DNA from: Chrysiogenales bacterium
GTDB lineage: Bacteria > Acidobacteriota > Aminicenantia > UBA2199
Reading direction: 5' to 3'
NCBI GenBank assembly: GCA_963700535.1
Contig: CAVOXU010000002.1
Coordinates: 88,094-152,093, forward strand
Length of the DNA: 64,000 nucleotides
Numbering within the stretch: the first letter of the stretch is position 1; every line of letters starts with the position of its first letter. The translations under genes were made by a program, and so were the position numbers. Positions 1 to 8,783 of the stretch are shown piece after piece. The notes under the pieces are model-generated. The model did not search any database. It worked only from the letters and a program-made list of their open reading frames with translations, and had not been told where the DNA came from.

Positions 1-1050
1 CAGGCTGGCGATCTCGGCGGGCAGCCAGCCGCGCATTTGGGCAACAAAGGAGTATTGGGTGGTTTCAGTGCAGATGGTGCGGTTGCTGCCGGAGTTGGGC
101 GAGCCGTTTTTATAATGGTTGCTGCTATCGTACTTACTTCCTTCATAGTGGTCGCGCAATACCCGGAAAAGATCGTTCGGGCGGATACGGCGCCGGGGTT
201 TGAATGAAAATGGCAAGGGGTTTTCCAGTTTGAGTGTTTTGGCGGCCAGCAAATTGGTACCCTGCCATTGCCGCAAAACGTTCTTCATGTCGCTGAAATT
301 GCTTGGATTTGAATAGACGCTGGCGAAATTGAATTCGCCGTCCTTTTGCGGATTGAACCAACCCCGGCCCACGGCATATTCAATGATGTCCGTTGCGCCC
401 TGAAAATTCTCGCGGTCTTTCAGGTCCACGGCAGTAATGGTGAAGCGATTGGCGATGACCGCAACTTCGTTGTCCGGGACACGTTTGGCGACCCAGTGTC
501 TGCCGTTGACCGCGTGCAAAAGCCAACCTTCGCGGGCATCGGCGATGATGTAGGTTCGTCCTGAGGCATTGTACCCGTGCTGGGAGATCAATTCGCCGGC
601 AATGCGCACGCCTTCACGGGCCGTATGCGCCCGTTCGGCGACAAGACGCCGCAGGCTGAAGCCGATGCCGCCCGCAATCAGTTCGGGCTTGTCTTCGCGC
701 GAGGGGCAGGAATTGGAGGTCACGGCCACCCCGTATTCGTTGACGTAGGTATCGGCAAAATCGCTTTCCGGGATCTCCAGCCACAACAGACCGGGAACAT
801 TGGTGATTTGGGGAAGTACAAGGCCGCTTTTCAAGGTGAAGACAATATCACGCCGGTGTTCCCGGGCCGGGACTTTGTAGATGTTGACCAACAGTCGGCC
901 ACGGTCGTCTTCATTGTGGGCTAGAAACACCGAACCGTCGGCCGTGGTGTCCTTTCCTGTCACAATGGTGAAGCAGTTGAGGTTTTCATCGGTCGCCAGC
1001 AGCCAGCCGGCCAAAAAAACCAATAACATGAAAATAATGCTTTTCTTCAT
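1..1050 (-). CDS. Secreted C69-family dipeptidase, partial (C-terminus runs past the window start)
   Basis: Reverse-strand translation from the ATG at 1050 gives MKKSIIFMLLVFLAGWLLATDENLNCFTIVTGKDTTADGSVFLAHNEDD. This is a signal peptide followed by the Cys-nucleophile and HNED motifs typical of C69 dipeptidases. The frame stays open to position 1. Confidence 0.7.
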   Translation of the reverse strand, partial: MKKSIIFMLLVFLAGWLLATDENLNCFTIVTGKDTTADGSVFLAHNEDDRGRLLVNIYKVPAREHRRDIVFTLKSGLVLPQITNVPGLLWLEIPESDFADTYVNEYGVAVTSNSCPSREDKPELIAGGIGFSLRRLVAERAHTAREGVRIAGELISQHGYNASGRTYIIADAREGWLLHAVNGRHWVAKRVPDNEVAVIANRFTITAVDLKDRENFQGATDIIEYAVGRGWFNPQKDGEFNFASVYSNPSNFSDMKNVLRQWQGTNLLAAKTLKLENPLPFSFKPRRRIRPNDLFRVLRDHYEGSKYDSSNHYKNGSPNSGSNRTICTETTQYSFVAQMRGWLPAEIASL

Positions 1051-1265
1051 GATTTAAAAATAGCATAACTTCGGCTTTTTGACAAAAAACAAAAAAAAGA
1101 CATCCTGGAGTTCAACAGTTCAAGGGTTACGGACTCAGCAGCAATCAACCGAGTTCTGCCAAATTTTTTGAATTTTACAAATCCTGAACCATTTGACTCT
1201 TTAACCATTCCCCTGTATTTGTTACAATTCATTTCATTCATGAACAAAAAAATCGAGGATATTTC

Positions 1266-1901
1266 ATGATCAAAAAAGCAAATGCTTTCCGTTTCCGCGC
1301 TTTTATCTCTTTTTGGCTGGCCTTTTCATTTTTATTAAGTGTCCTTTCAGGTTTCATTTTATTCCTGCGCCCCGAAGGCAGTCTGGCAGCTTGGACCGCC
1401 TGGTCGGTGCTGGGGTTGATAAAGAAGCAGTGGGAGGGTGTGCACACGGTTTTCGTTTTTGTTTTGCTTATCAGCGCCTTGATCCACTTGCTATACAATT
1501 GGCGCGTCTTGGCAGCCTATTTTCGGCTGAAAAAAGAACAATTTGGAAGGGGTTTCAAGGGCATGGCTGCGTATCGCGAACTCATCGCCGCGGCACTGCT
1601 GACCGGTCTGATCCTGGTCGTTGCCATAGGCGAGTGGTTGCCTTGCCAATGGCTCATCGGTTGGCGCGGAGCATTCAAGAGCGGCTCGGCCTTGGTGACC
1701 ATCACCCCGCCTGTTGCCGACGCCGATAAACTTTCCCTGGCCGGTCTTTGCGCTTTGTCGGGGATTTCCGAGCAGCGGGTTTTGCGCAATGCCGGGGCCA
1801 GGGGCCTGCAGCTCAATTCTTTGAGCGAAACCTTAAGTGATGTCGCAAAAAAAAACCGCATGTCACCTGAAGAGATATATGGGTTGCTTTTTATGAAATA
1901 A
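1266..1901 (+). CDS. DUF4405-like integral membrane protein
   Basis: 211 aa with several N-terminal TM helices. A GAGGA Shine-Dalgarno sits 8 nt upstream. Confidence 0.5.
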   Translation: MIKKANAFRFRAFISFWLAFSFLLSVLSGFILFLRPEGSLAAWTAWSVLGLIKKQWEGVHTVFVFVLLISALIHLLYNWRVLAAYFRLKKEQFGRGFKGMAAYRELIAAALLTGLILVVAIGEWLPCQWLIGWRGAFKSGSALVTITPPVADADKLSLAGLCALSGISEQRVLRNAGARGLQLNSLSETLSDVAKKNRMSPEEIYGLLFMK

Positions 1902-3069
1902 TAACTGAAGCCTCATCAATTAATTTCTTTTTCAGGACAGAAAAAATTTCAAAATGGTCTGTCTGGGGAAAATTGTCGAGCAGCCGCAATTCCTGCAGTT
2001 TGAAACCATGGGAGGAGAACAGCCGCAGGTCTCGGGCCCAAGTGGCTGAATCACAGGCAAAATAAACAACTGTTTCGGCAGCGCTGGCGGCCATGGCGGC
2101 GATGATCCTGGCAGATAGTCCCCCGCGCGGGGGATCCGCTACGTATAGCCCGGCCGGAGGCAGGTCGGACTGCAACACGTCGGCCTGGAGGATGCGGACG
2201 TTACCGACCCGGTTCAGTTCAACGTTGCTGCGCAGGGCCGCTAGGTTTTGCGGATCGTTTTCAAGGGCCAGAACGCTTTGGCAGCGGCGGGCCAGCGGCA
2301 GGGTAAAAAAGCCGCAGCCGCAGAAGAGGTCGGCGGCCGTACCCACATTCATGCCGTCCAGGGTTTTTTCAACAAGATCCAGCATGGGCAGCAGCTGGAA
2401 AAGGTTGGCTTGGACAAAATTATCAGGGGCTATCTGATAGGTGTAAGCGCCCACTTCGAAGTGGACCGAATGCTCGCAACTGAACCAAGTGTTCGACTCG
2501 CCCGGAGAAACCAGCCTGGCAGCCAGGTCCCGGCCGTTGCTGATGACCCGCAACTGGGCGTTGGCATATTTGCTGATAGCCTGGCGCTGGGAGAGGAAAT
2601 GGGCTTGCACCGCCTCCGGTACCAGCAGGCACTGGCGGATGGGGATCACCTGCTGCGATTCTTTTTTAAAAAAACCGCCCACACCGTCACGAACCTGGAA
2701 TTCGCTCTTGCTGCGATAGCGCCAGGGCCGGGAAGGCAAAATGTCCAGCGGTCCGGAAAAAACTACGCCGGCGATTTTATTCATGTTGCCCAGCAGTATT
2801 TCGCTTTTGCTGCGCAGTTGCTCCTCATAGCTCATGTGCTGCAGGTTGCAGCCGCCGCATTCATGATAGTGGGGGCAGGGCGGTTCGACCCGTCGGGGCG
2901 AAGCTTCGATCACCCGCAGCAGTTTTCCCCGCCAGACCGATTGCCGCCGGTTCAAGTGGGCATATTCCACGGTTTCTCCGGCGATGACACCGGGGATGAA
3001 TATGGTTTTTTCCGCATCGCGAATGATGCCGCAACCACCCTTGGCAATGGCATGCACTTTCCCGATCAT
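1891..3069 (-). CDS. rlmD: 23S rRNA (uracil-C5)-methyltransferase, RlmD/RumA family
   Basis: N-terminal TRAM-like region, Fe-S motif CPHYHECGGCNLQH, and a class I SAM methyltransferase core (DLFCGCGFFTLPLA, ADPPRGG). Confidence 0.8.
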   Translation of the reverse strand: MIGKVHAIAKGGCGIIRDAEKTIFIPGVIAGETVEYAHLNRRQSVWRGKLLRVIEASPRRVEPPCPHYHECGGCNLQHMSYEEQLRSKSEILLGNMNKIAGVVFSGPLDILPSRPWRYRSKSEFQVRDGVGGFFKKESQQVIPIRQCLLVPEAVQAHFLSQRQAISKYANAQLRVISNGRDLAARLVSPGESNTWFSCEHSVHFEVGAYTYQIAPDNFVQANLFQLLPMLDLVEKTLDGMNVGTAADLFCGCGFFTLPLARRCQSVLALENDPQNLAALRSNVELNRVGNVRILQADVLQSDLPPAGLYVADPPRGGLSARIIAAMAASAAETVVYFACDSATWARDLRLFSSHGFKLQELRLLDNFPQTDHFEIFSVLKKKLIDEASVIIS

Positions 3070-3095
3070 TGGCTTTTGAATCCGGCTTAAATAAC

Positions 3096-3130
3096 GGGGC
3101 GCGCCGCAAGCGCGCCCCGCGAACCTTTTT
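3096..3130 (-). terminator. GC-rich hairpin with U-rich flanks, likely intrinsic terminator for the 3134..4333 gene
   Basis: The hairpin ggggcgcgc-cgcaa-gcgcgcccc is followed on the minus strand by guuauuuaa and on the plus strand by gcgaaccttttt. Confidence 0.5.
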
Positions 3131-3133
3131 GCC

Positions 3134-4333
3134 TTATTCGATGGCGATGGCGATCTTTTCGCTCATGAATTTTTTAATGTCCAGAATGGTGATGGTCACG
3201 CTTTTGCCGATTTCGTAGAATTCGACTTTATAATCCCTGTCCTGTTTGAAATAGCTTGGATAAATGGTTATGTCCTTGATCTTGCTGAGCTGGAAATCGG
3301 CCGCGGCGGCGGTGATCTTCGGGTCGCCGCGCAGGTCCAGCGAACGGTCGAACATGGTGATGTCGACTTTCTGCAGCTTGGTGGAGCGCAGGAAGCCACC
3401 CTTGATGATGCCGTTTTTTGTCAGGTTTTTGCGCAGGTCCATGGCAAAATAGACAGAATTGAGGGCGGCCTGCATTTCCTGGTTCTGATCGTTGAGATTG
3501 CTCATTTTACCCAGCATGTTCTGTTTTTCCTGGTTGAGCAGGTCCAACTGGGAGATCAGCTCGCTGCGCCGGAGTTCCATTTCATCTATATCACTTTGCA
3601 ATTGATCCTTTTCGGCGATGGCTTTGTCCTTGGCGTCGACCAGTTCTTTTTTCACTTTTCTCTGGATCTGGTTGGGGGAGATGGGGGCGCTGCCCTGAGT
3701 GATGAAGGTGCCGTATTCGTCTTCGGCATAGAAGTTCCAGATCTTGAAGCCGGGAACGATCGGCTCGAAGAGCAGGGTCCTTTCCACCAGTTCCATGGCC
3801 CGGGCCTTATCCACGCCTTTTTCATTGAGCAGGAAATTCATGGCGATCTGGTAATGGTTCTCTCCCTTTTCTACCAGGTGCGGCTTGGGAAGCAGTGTTT
3901 CCAGTTCCTGAACCCTGGCGTTCAGGTTATGTATGTCGTTGTTCTTGTCCAGGATATCCTGGAGAAGTGATTTAATGGAGACGTCTTTCTCATTTTTTAT
4001 CTTTTCTTCCAGGACCTTTTTTTGCTCGGGAGAGAGGTTCATGATATTGACTTCGGGAAGGTCTTCGCCTGTCTTGGTTTTGTAGTCGCTTAAAATATCG
4101 AAAACTTCGTTCTGCTTTTCCTGGATGCTCGTTTCCAACTGCTGGATCTGCTGCACTGTTTCTTGCATCTGCTTCATTTTTGGTGAGAGCTGGGGGCCTG
4201 CCGGTCCTTTGAAAACAAAATAAGCCAGAACCAGGATCACCAGAGCCAGGGCGCCGATGACATAGTAGGGTTTTTTTGATTTTTTTTCCGTCATGCTCTC
4301 CTGGAATGGAACTTTCGGTTGTTCTTGGGTCAT
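3134..4333 (-). CDS. Membrane-anchored coiled-coil protein, hypothetical
   Basis: 399 aa. Strong AGGAGG Shine-Dalgarno, one N-terminal TM helix, then a long heptad-rich, K/E/Q-rich region. No recognisable catalytic motif. Confidence 0.55.
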   Translation of the reverse strand: MTQEQPKVPFQESMTEKKSKKPYYVIGALALVILVLAYFVFKGPAGPQLSPKMKQMQETVQQIQQLETSIQEKQNEVFDILSDYKTKTGEDLPEVNIMNLSPEQKKVLEEKIKNEKDVSIKSLLQDILDKNNDIHNLNARVQELETLLPKPHLVEKGENHYQIAMNFLLNEKGVDKARAMELVERTLLFEPIVPGFKIWNFYAEDEYGTFITQGSAPISPNQIQRKVKKELVDAKDKAIAEKDQLQSDIDEMELRRSELISQLDLLNQEKQNMLGKMSNLNDQNQEMQAALNSVYFAMDLRKNLTKNGIIKGGFLRSTKLQKVDITMFDRSLDLRGDPKITAAAADFQLSKIKDITIYPSYFKQDRDYKVEFYEIGKSVTITILDIKKFMSEKIAIAIE

Positions 4334-4469
4334 GATTTCCTCCTTTAAAATTCCTCAATACAGACTTAATCAATAATATTTTATCACAAGCATCCTGCTG
4401 AAACAATCCGGAACTCTCTTGCATAATCGTGTTCGGCAGCATATAATTCTGTTTTTACAGGAGACCTCC

Positions 4470-5015
4470 ATGACACGCGAGCAAGCATTGGAATTGCTTC
4501 AGCAGCACCTGAAAAACCGCAACCTGGTCAAGCACTGCCTGGCTGTTGAGGCCTGCATGAAGGATTTCGCCCTGCATTTCGGCCTGGACCCGGAACCATG
4601 GGCGCTGGCCGGACTGCTGCACGACCTGGATTACGAATACACAGTTCAAAACCCGGCCGAACACACGGAAAAAACCGCTGAGATGCTTGCCGCTCATACT
4701 TTGCCTGAGGAAATCATTCATGCCATCAAGTCCCACAATATGCGGGTCGAGCCCCGCTCTAAAATGGATTTCTCCCTGCTGACCATCGATCCGGCCAGCG
4801 GTTTCATCATTGCCTGCGCCCTGATGCATCCGGAGAAGAAACTGCAAAGCCTGGATCTGCCTTTCCTGAAGAAGCGCTTCAAGGAGAAAGCCTTTGCCAA
4901 GGGGGCCTCGCGTGAGCAGATGGCGGGCTGCGTCAAATTGGCAATGACCCTTGACGATTTTCTGCAGCTGTGTCTGGGCGCCATGCAAAAAATTTCCTCT
5001 GAACTCGGATTGTGA
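4470..5015 (+). CDS. HD/HDIG-domain phosphohydrolase
   Basis: H...HD motif (LLHDLDYE). CAGGAGAC Shine-Dalgarno 7 nt before the ATG at 4470. The stop overlaps the next gene's start (ATGA). Confidence 0.65.
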   Translation: MTREQALELLQQHLKNRNLVKHCLAVEACMKDFALHFGLDPEPWALAGLLHDLDYEYTVQNPAEHTEKTAEMLAAHTLPEEIIHAIKSHNMRVEPRSKMDFSLLTIDPASGFIIACALMHPEKKLQSLDLPFLKKRFKEKAFAKGASREQMAGCVKLAMTLDDFLQLCLGAMQKISSELGL

Positions 5016-5740
5016 TGGACCGGCTGCTGACCCGCGACCTGACCAAGATCTACAACCGCGTTGCCGTGGTTGACGGCATCAACCTGGAATTCAAGTCCGG
5101 GAAGATCACTGCCCTGCTGGGGCGCAACGGTGCGGGCAAGACCACCACTTTCCTGATGATGGCCGGCATCGTCAAGCCCGACAGCGGCAGCGTTGAACTC
5201 AATGGCGAGAACGTCAACGGCATCCCGTCTTACGAGCGCTCGCAGAAAGGGCTGATTTACCTTCCCCAGCAGCATTCGGTTTTCATGAAAGCCACGGTTT
5301 TCAACAACCTGTTCATGGTGCTGGAGCTGCACAGCCCCGCTGACGAGGCCCGGCAGAAAACCATGGACTTGCTGGCTGATTTCGGCCTGCTGGCGGTCAA
5401 GGATTCCCCGGCCCACCAGTTGTCGGGCGGGGAGAAAAGGCGCCTGGAGATCGCCCGTTCCATGATCATGGCGCCGCGCTTCCTGTTCATGGACGAACCT
5501 TTCACCGGCATCGATCCCATCACCATCATGGATATCCAGACGATCATTTTGAAGCTCAAGACCAGGGGCATCGGCATTATCATCACCGACCACAATGTCA
5601 AGGACACTTTTTACATCACCGACCTGGCCTATATCATCCATAAGGGACATATCCTGAGTTCCGGTACTCCGGCCCAGATAGTTCAGGAGGAAAAGACCCG
5701 CCAATTGTTCCTGGGCAAAGATTTCGAGTGGAACGGCTGA
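5012..5740 (+). CDS. ABC transporter ATP-binding protein, LptB-like
   Basis: Walker A GRNGAGKTT, signature LSGGEKRRLEIARSM, Walker B FMDEP. The ~240-aa length and the GLIYLPQQ motif resemble LptB. No LptFG or LptAC genes lie nearby. Confidence 0.7.
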   Translation: MMDRLLTRDLTKIYNRVAVVDGINLEFKSGKITALLGRNGAGKTTTFLMMAGIVKPDSGSVELNGENVNGIPSYERSQKGLIYLPQQHSVFMKATVFNNLFMVLELHSPADEARQKTMDLLADFGLLAVKDSPAHQLSGGEKRRLEIARSMIMAPRFLFMDEPFTGIDPITIMDIQTIILKLKTRGIGIIITDHNVKDTFYITDLAYIIHKGHILSSGTPAQIVQEEKTRQLFLGKDFEWNG

Positions 5741-6663
5741 ACCCTCCATTTTATCTTGAGCTTTCCGCGGCCGATTGGCGCTGGAAACGAGAATTTTTTG
5801 CGGATCGTTTCAATACCTGCCGCCTTTGTCCGCGCCAATGCGGCGCCGAACGTAAAAACAATCATTCCGGCGTCTGCCGGGCGGTCCGGGAAGTCAAGAT
5901 CGCCTCTCACAACCTCCATTTCGGCGAAGAGCCGCCGATTTCCGGCTGCCAGGGCTCGGGCACGGTGTTTTTTTCCGGCTGTACATTGAGCTGCCTGTTC
6001 TGCCAGAATTACCCTATCTCGCAGCTCTTTCATGGTGAGTTTTATCAGGTCGAGCAGCTGGCCGGAATTTTTTTATCGCTGCAAAAGCGGGGCAGTCACA
6101 ATATCAACCTGGTGTCGCCGACGCCTTACCTTCATCATATCCTGGCCGCCCTGGAGATCGCCCGCGCCAAGGGACTCGCTATCCCGCTGGTCTACAACAC
6201 CAGCGGCTATGACAGGGCCGAGGTGATCGCCCAGTTGGCAGGTGTGGTGGATATCTACCTGCCCGACCTGAAGTACGGTCCAAGCGAAAGCTCGCGGCTG
6301 CTGGCCGCGGAACTGTCGGGCGCCGGAGATTATTTCGCGCATGCCGCGGCCGCCATTGCCGAGATGTTCCGGCAGACCGGGCCGCTGCAGCTGGACGATA
6401 ATGAAGTGGCCGTGCGCGGCACAGTGATCCGCCACCTGATCATCCCCGGCAAAACGGAAAATTCCCTGGAAGTGTTGCGAACCATTGCCGCCAGCAATTA
6501 CAAAGAGGCCTGGCTCAGCCTCATGAGCCAGTATTTTCCGGCTCACCGCGCCGCCGGCTGCAAGACCTTGAACCGCCGCCTGCAACCTGAAGAATACCGG
6601 CTGGTCAGGGACGAGGCCCTGAAACTGGGTCTGGAGAACGGCTGGTTCCAGGAGATCGATTAA
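5728..6663 (+). CDS. Radical SAM protein, PflX/COG1313-like activating enzyme
   Basis: CTLSCLFCQN motif (CxxxCxxC). Overlaps the lptB-like stop by 13 nt. Confidence 0.7.
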   Translation: MERLNPPFYLELSAADWRWKREFFADRFNTCRLCPRQCGAERKNNHSGVCRAVREVKIASHNLHFGEEPPISGCQGSGTVFFSGCTLSCLFCQNYPISQLFHGEFYQVEQLAGIFLSLQKRGSHNINLVSPTPYLHHILAALEIARAKGLAIPLVYNTSGYDRAEVIAQLAGVVDIYLPDLKYGPSESSRLLAAELSGAGDYFAHAAAAIAEMFRQTGPLQLDDNEVAVRGTVIRHLIIPGKTENSLEVLRTIAASNYKEAWLSLMSQYFPAHRAAGCKTLNRRLQPEEYRLVRDEALKLGLENGWFQEID

Positions 6664-6680
6664 GACGAAATCAAGTGTTT

Positions 6681-6764
6681 GTGATAGTGTTAGTGTTAGC
6701 AAAAGCACACACCCGAAACTCTTTGAAGATCGATTGTTTTCTTCCTAACACTAGCACTAACACC
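6681..6764. repeat. Intergenic inverted-arm element, locus A (hexamer units)
   Basis: Left arm gtgatagtgttagtgttagc. Right arm cctaacactagcactaacacc. The arms are reverse complements of each other, separated by about 45 nt. Confidence 0.6.
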
Positions 6765-6825
6765 GATACTTGCTTTTATTGGGTTTGCTCTACAGTGCGG
6801 TTTTGTTTATAATTGGGTTTCCGCC

Positions 6826-8070
6826 TTGGAGGGAAAATTGATCCTGGCCGCCAAATTCCTGCTGCTTGTCGTTCTGCTGATCCTGCTTCTGCGCTTGAAG
6901 GTCGAACTCTCCCTGGCTGTTTTTGCCATCACCCTGCTCACCGTGGCCCTGTTCGGAGTCAACCTGTTCAAGGCCGGAGAGAGCGCCTGGGCGGGAGTAA
7001 GCGATCCCCAGACCCTGGAGTTGTTCCTGATCATCATCCTGGTGCAATATATAGGCGCCGTGCAGAAAAGCCGGCGCATGTACGACCGCCTGATCGATTC
7101 GCTCAACACCATGATCCGCGACAAGCGCCTGGTGGCCATGGTCTCTCCGGCCATTATCGGTTTTCTGCCCATGCCGGGAGGGGCGCTGCTCTCGGCGCCG
7201 CTGGTCCAGGTTTCCACCGATAAAATGAAGCTGAAGCCGGCTTTCAACGCTTTCCTCAACTTCTGGTTCCGTCATGACTGGGAACTGATCTGGCCGCTCT
7301 ATGCCGGACTGCTGCTTTTCCAGACCTTGTCGCGCATACCGATGCGCCGCATCATTTTGTTCCAACTGCCGTTTTCGATCCTGCACATCAGCACCGGCCT
7401 GGCCGTTTCCTTCTGGTATTTCCGCCGCCACGGGATTCAACGGCAATATCCGGGTGCGAGCAATGGCATAAACGCCACGGTGCGCGACTTCTTTTCCGGA
7501 ACCTGGCCGATCATGGCAGTGGTGCTGCTTTTCTTCGTCAAGGTACCGCCGCTGCTGCCGCTGCCGCTGCATTGGGCGCTGCTGCTGGTAGCCGCGATCT
7601 TGAGCGTATGGAAAAAAGTCGCTGCCAAAGAGATGGTCGCCGTTATTTTCGGGAAATCCACGATCCGCAGCCTGCTGGTCATTGCCGCGGTCATTGTCTT
7701 TCAGCGCATCATTCAGATTTCTTCAGCGTTTGACACGCTCAAGACCATGGACATCTCCCTGGGCCTGGCCGTGGCTTTCATTTTCATGGTTTCCTTCACC
7801 GTGGCTTTTCTGACCGGGGTGAACACGGCCTACATCGCCATCGCTTTTCCGGTCCTCCTGCCCCTTATCCAGCACCTGCCCAATTACTTTTACCTGTCGC
7901 TGTACATTTATGTGGTCGGATTCGCCGGCATCCTGGTCTCGCCGCTCCACCTCTGCCTGGTGCTGACCAATGAGTATTTCGGGGCTTCCCTGCTCGACGT
8001 CTACCGCTACATGGCGATACCGATATTCGTGATGATTGCACTGGCGACGGGGCTGGTAATGATCCTTTAA
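6826..8070 (+). CDS. DUF401-like polytopic membrane protein
   Basis: 414 aa, about 10-12 predicted TM helices. Confidence 0.5.
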   Translation: MEGKLILAAKFLLLVVLLILLLRLKVELSLAVFAITLLTVALFGVNLFKAGESAWAGVSDPQTLELFLIIILVQYIGAVQKSRRMYDRLIDSLNTMIRDKRLVAMVSPAIIGFLPMPGGALLSAPLVQVSTDKMKLKPAFNAFLNFWFRHDWELIWPLYAGLLLFQTLSRIPMRRIILFQLPFSILHISTGLAVSFWYFRRHGIQRQYPGASNGINATVRDFFSGTWPIMAVVLLFFVKVPPLLPLPLHWALLLVAAILSVWKKVAAKEMVAVIFGKSTIRSLLVIAAVIVFQRIIQISSAFDTLKTMDISLGLAVAFIFMVSFTVAFLTGVNTAYIAIAFPVLLPLIQHLPNYFYLSLYIYVVGFAGILVSPLHLCLVLTNEYFGASLLDVYRYMAIPIFVMIALATGLVMIL

Positions 8071-8133
8071 ATGAAATCGGTATAAGGTTTAGGGTATACG
8101 GTGGACGGTGAAGACAAAAGAGAGTAATAATTA

Positions 8134-8161
8134 GTAGTGACAGGTCGCGACCTGTCACTAC
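8134..8161. repeat. REP-like 28-bp perfect palindrome, copy 1
   Basis: gtagtgacaggtcgcgacctgtcactac, followed by the flank ccgatgatga. Confidence 0.85.
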
Positions 8162-8182
8162 CGATGATGAAATAAAATATAA

Positions 8183-8710
8183 ATGATTCATCAACGTAAA
8201 TACATGCGTTTGCGTGGTTGGGATTACACATCTCCCGGTTGGTATTTTATGACGATCTGCGTGAAAAACAAGGAGTGCTTCCTAGCTGATATTGTAAATG
8301 GGAAAATTATTCCGAATGAGTTCGGAAAAATCGTTGAGTCACGATGGGTTTGGCTTAGAAATCAATATCCTTATGTTGAATTGGACGCTTTTGTCGTCAT
8401 GCCGAATCATGTTCATGGATTGGTTCGGATCGTCAATCCGTCTGTAGTGACAGGTCGCGACCTGTCACTACTGATGATTCCGGAGAAAATCAAATCTTTA
8501 TCCGAAATAATTGGTGCTTTTAAAATGACTTCTTCCAAGGACATCCATTTGGCTGGCTTTCCCAATTTCTTCTGGCAGCGGTCTTTTTATGAAAAAATTA
8601 TTCGTTCGGAACAGGAAGCAAATGCGGTTCGTAAGTATATCAGGGAAAATCATTTGAATTGGGAACAGGATGATGAGAATCCCGACATTGATTTCCGTAA
8701 AATTCCGTAG
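8183..8710 (+). CDS. REP-associated tyrosine transposase (RAYT, IS200/Y1 HuH family)
   Basis: HuH motif MPNHVHGLV and a catalytic Tyr context (WQRSFYEKI). Flanked by REP palindromes, and a 36-nt in-frame palindrome-derived insert encodes SVVTGRDLSLLM. Confidence 0.7.
   Translation: MIHQRKYMRLRGWDYTSPGWYFMTICVKNKECFLADIVNGKIIPNEFGKIVESRWVWLRNQYPYVELDAFVVMPNHVHGLVRIVNPSVVTGRDLSLLMIPEKIKSLSEIIGAFKMTSSKDIHLAGFPNFFWQRSFYEKIIRSEQEANAVRKYIRENHLNWEQDDENPDIDFRKIP
8444..8471. repeat. REP-like 28-bp palindrome, copy 2 (inside the RAYT coding sequence, in frame)
   Basis: Identical 28-mer to copy 1. Confidence 0.85.
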
Positions 8711-8734
8711 TGACAGGTCGCGACCTGTCACTAC
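8707..8734. repeat. REP-like 28-bp palindrome, copy 3 (overlaps the RAYT stop codon)
   Basis: Identical 28-mer. The TAG stop at 8708-8710 lies inside the palindrome. Confidence 0.85.
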
Positions 8735-8754
8735 CGACACCGTGGAATAATTCG

Positions 8755-8783
8755 GGACGATCCCGGTCACTACCGATGATGAT
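8755..8783. repeat. Degenerate REP half-copy
   Basis: cgggacgatcccggtcactaccgatgatga shares gtcactaccgatgatga with copy 1 and its flank. Confidence 0.5.

Noticed and set aside
8134-8735. Possible CRISPR array, since a 28-bp repeat occurs three times.
   Set aside because: The repeats are perfect palindromes spaced 310 and 263 bp apart. One lies inside a transposase coding sequence. There is no cas gene and no regular repeat-spacer periodicity. The locus is a REP/RAYT locus.
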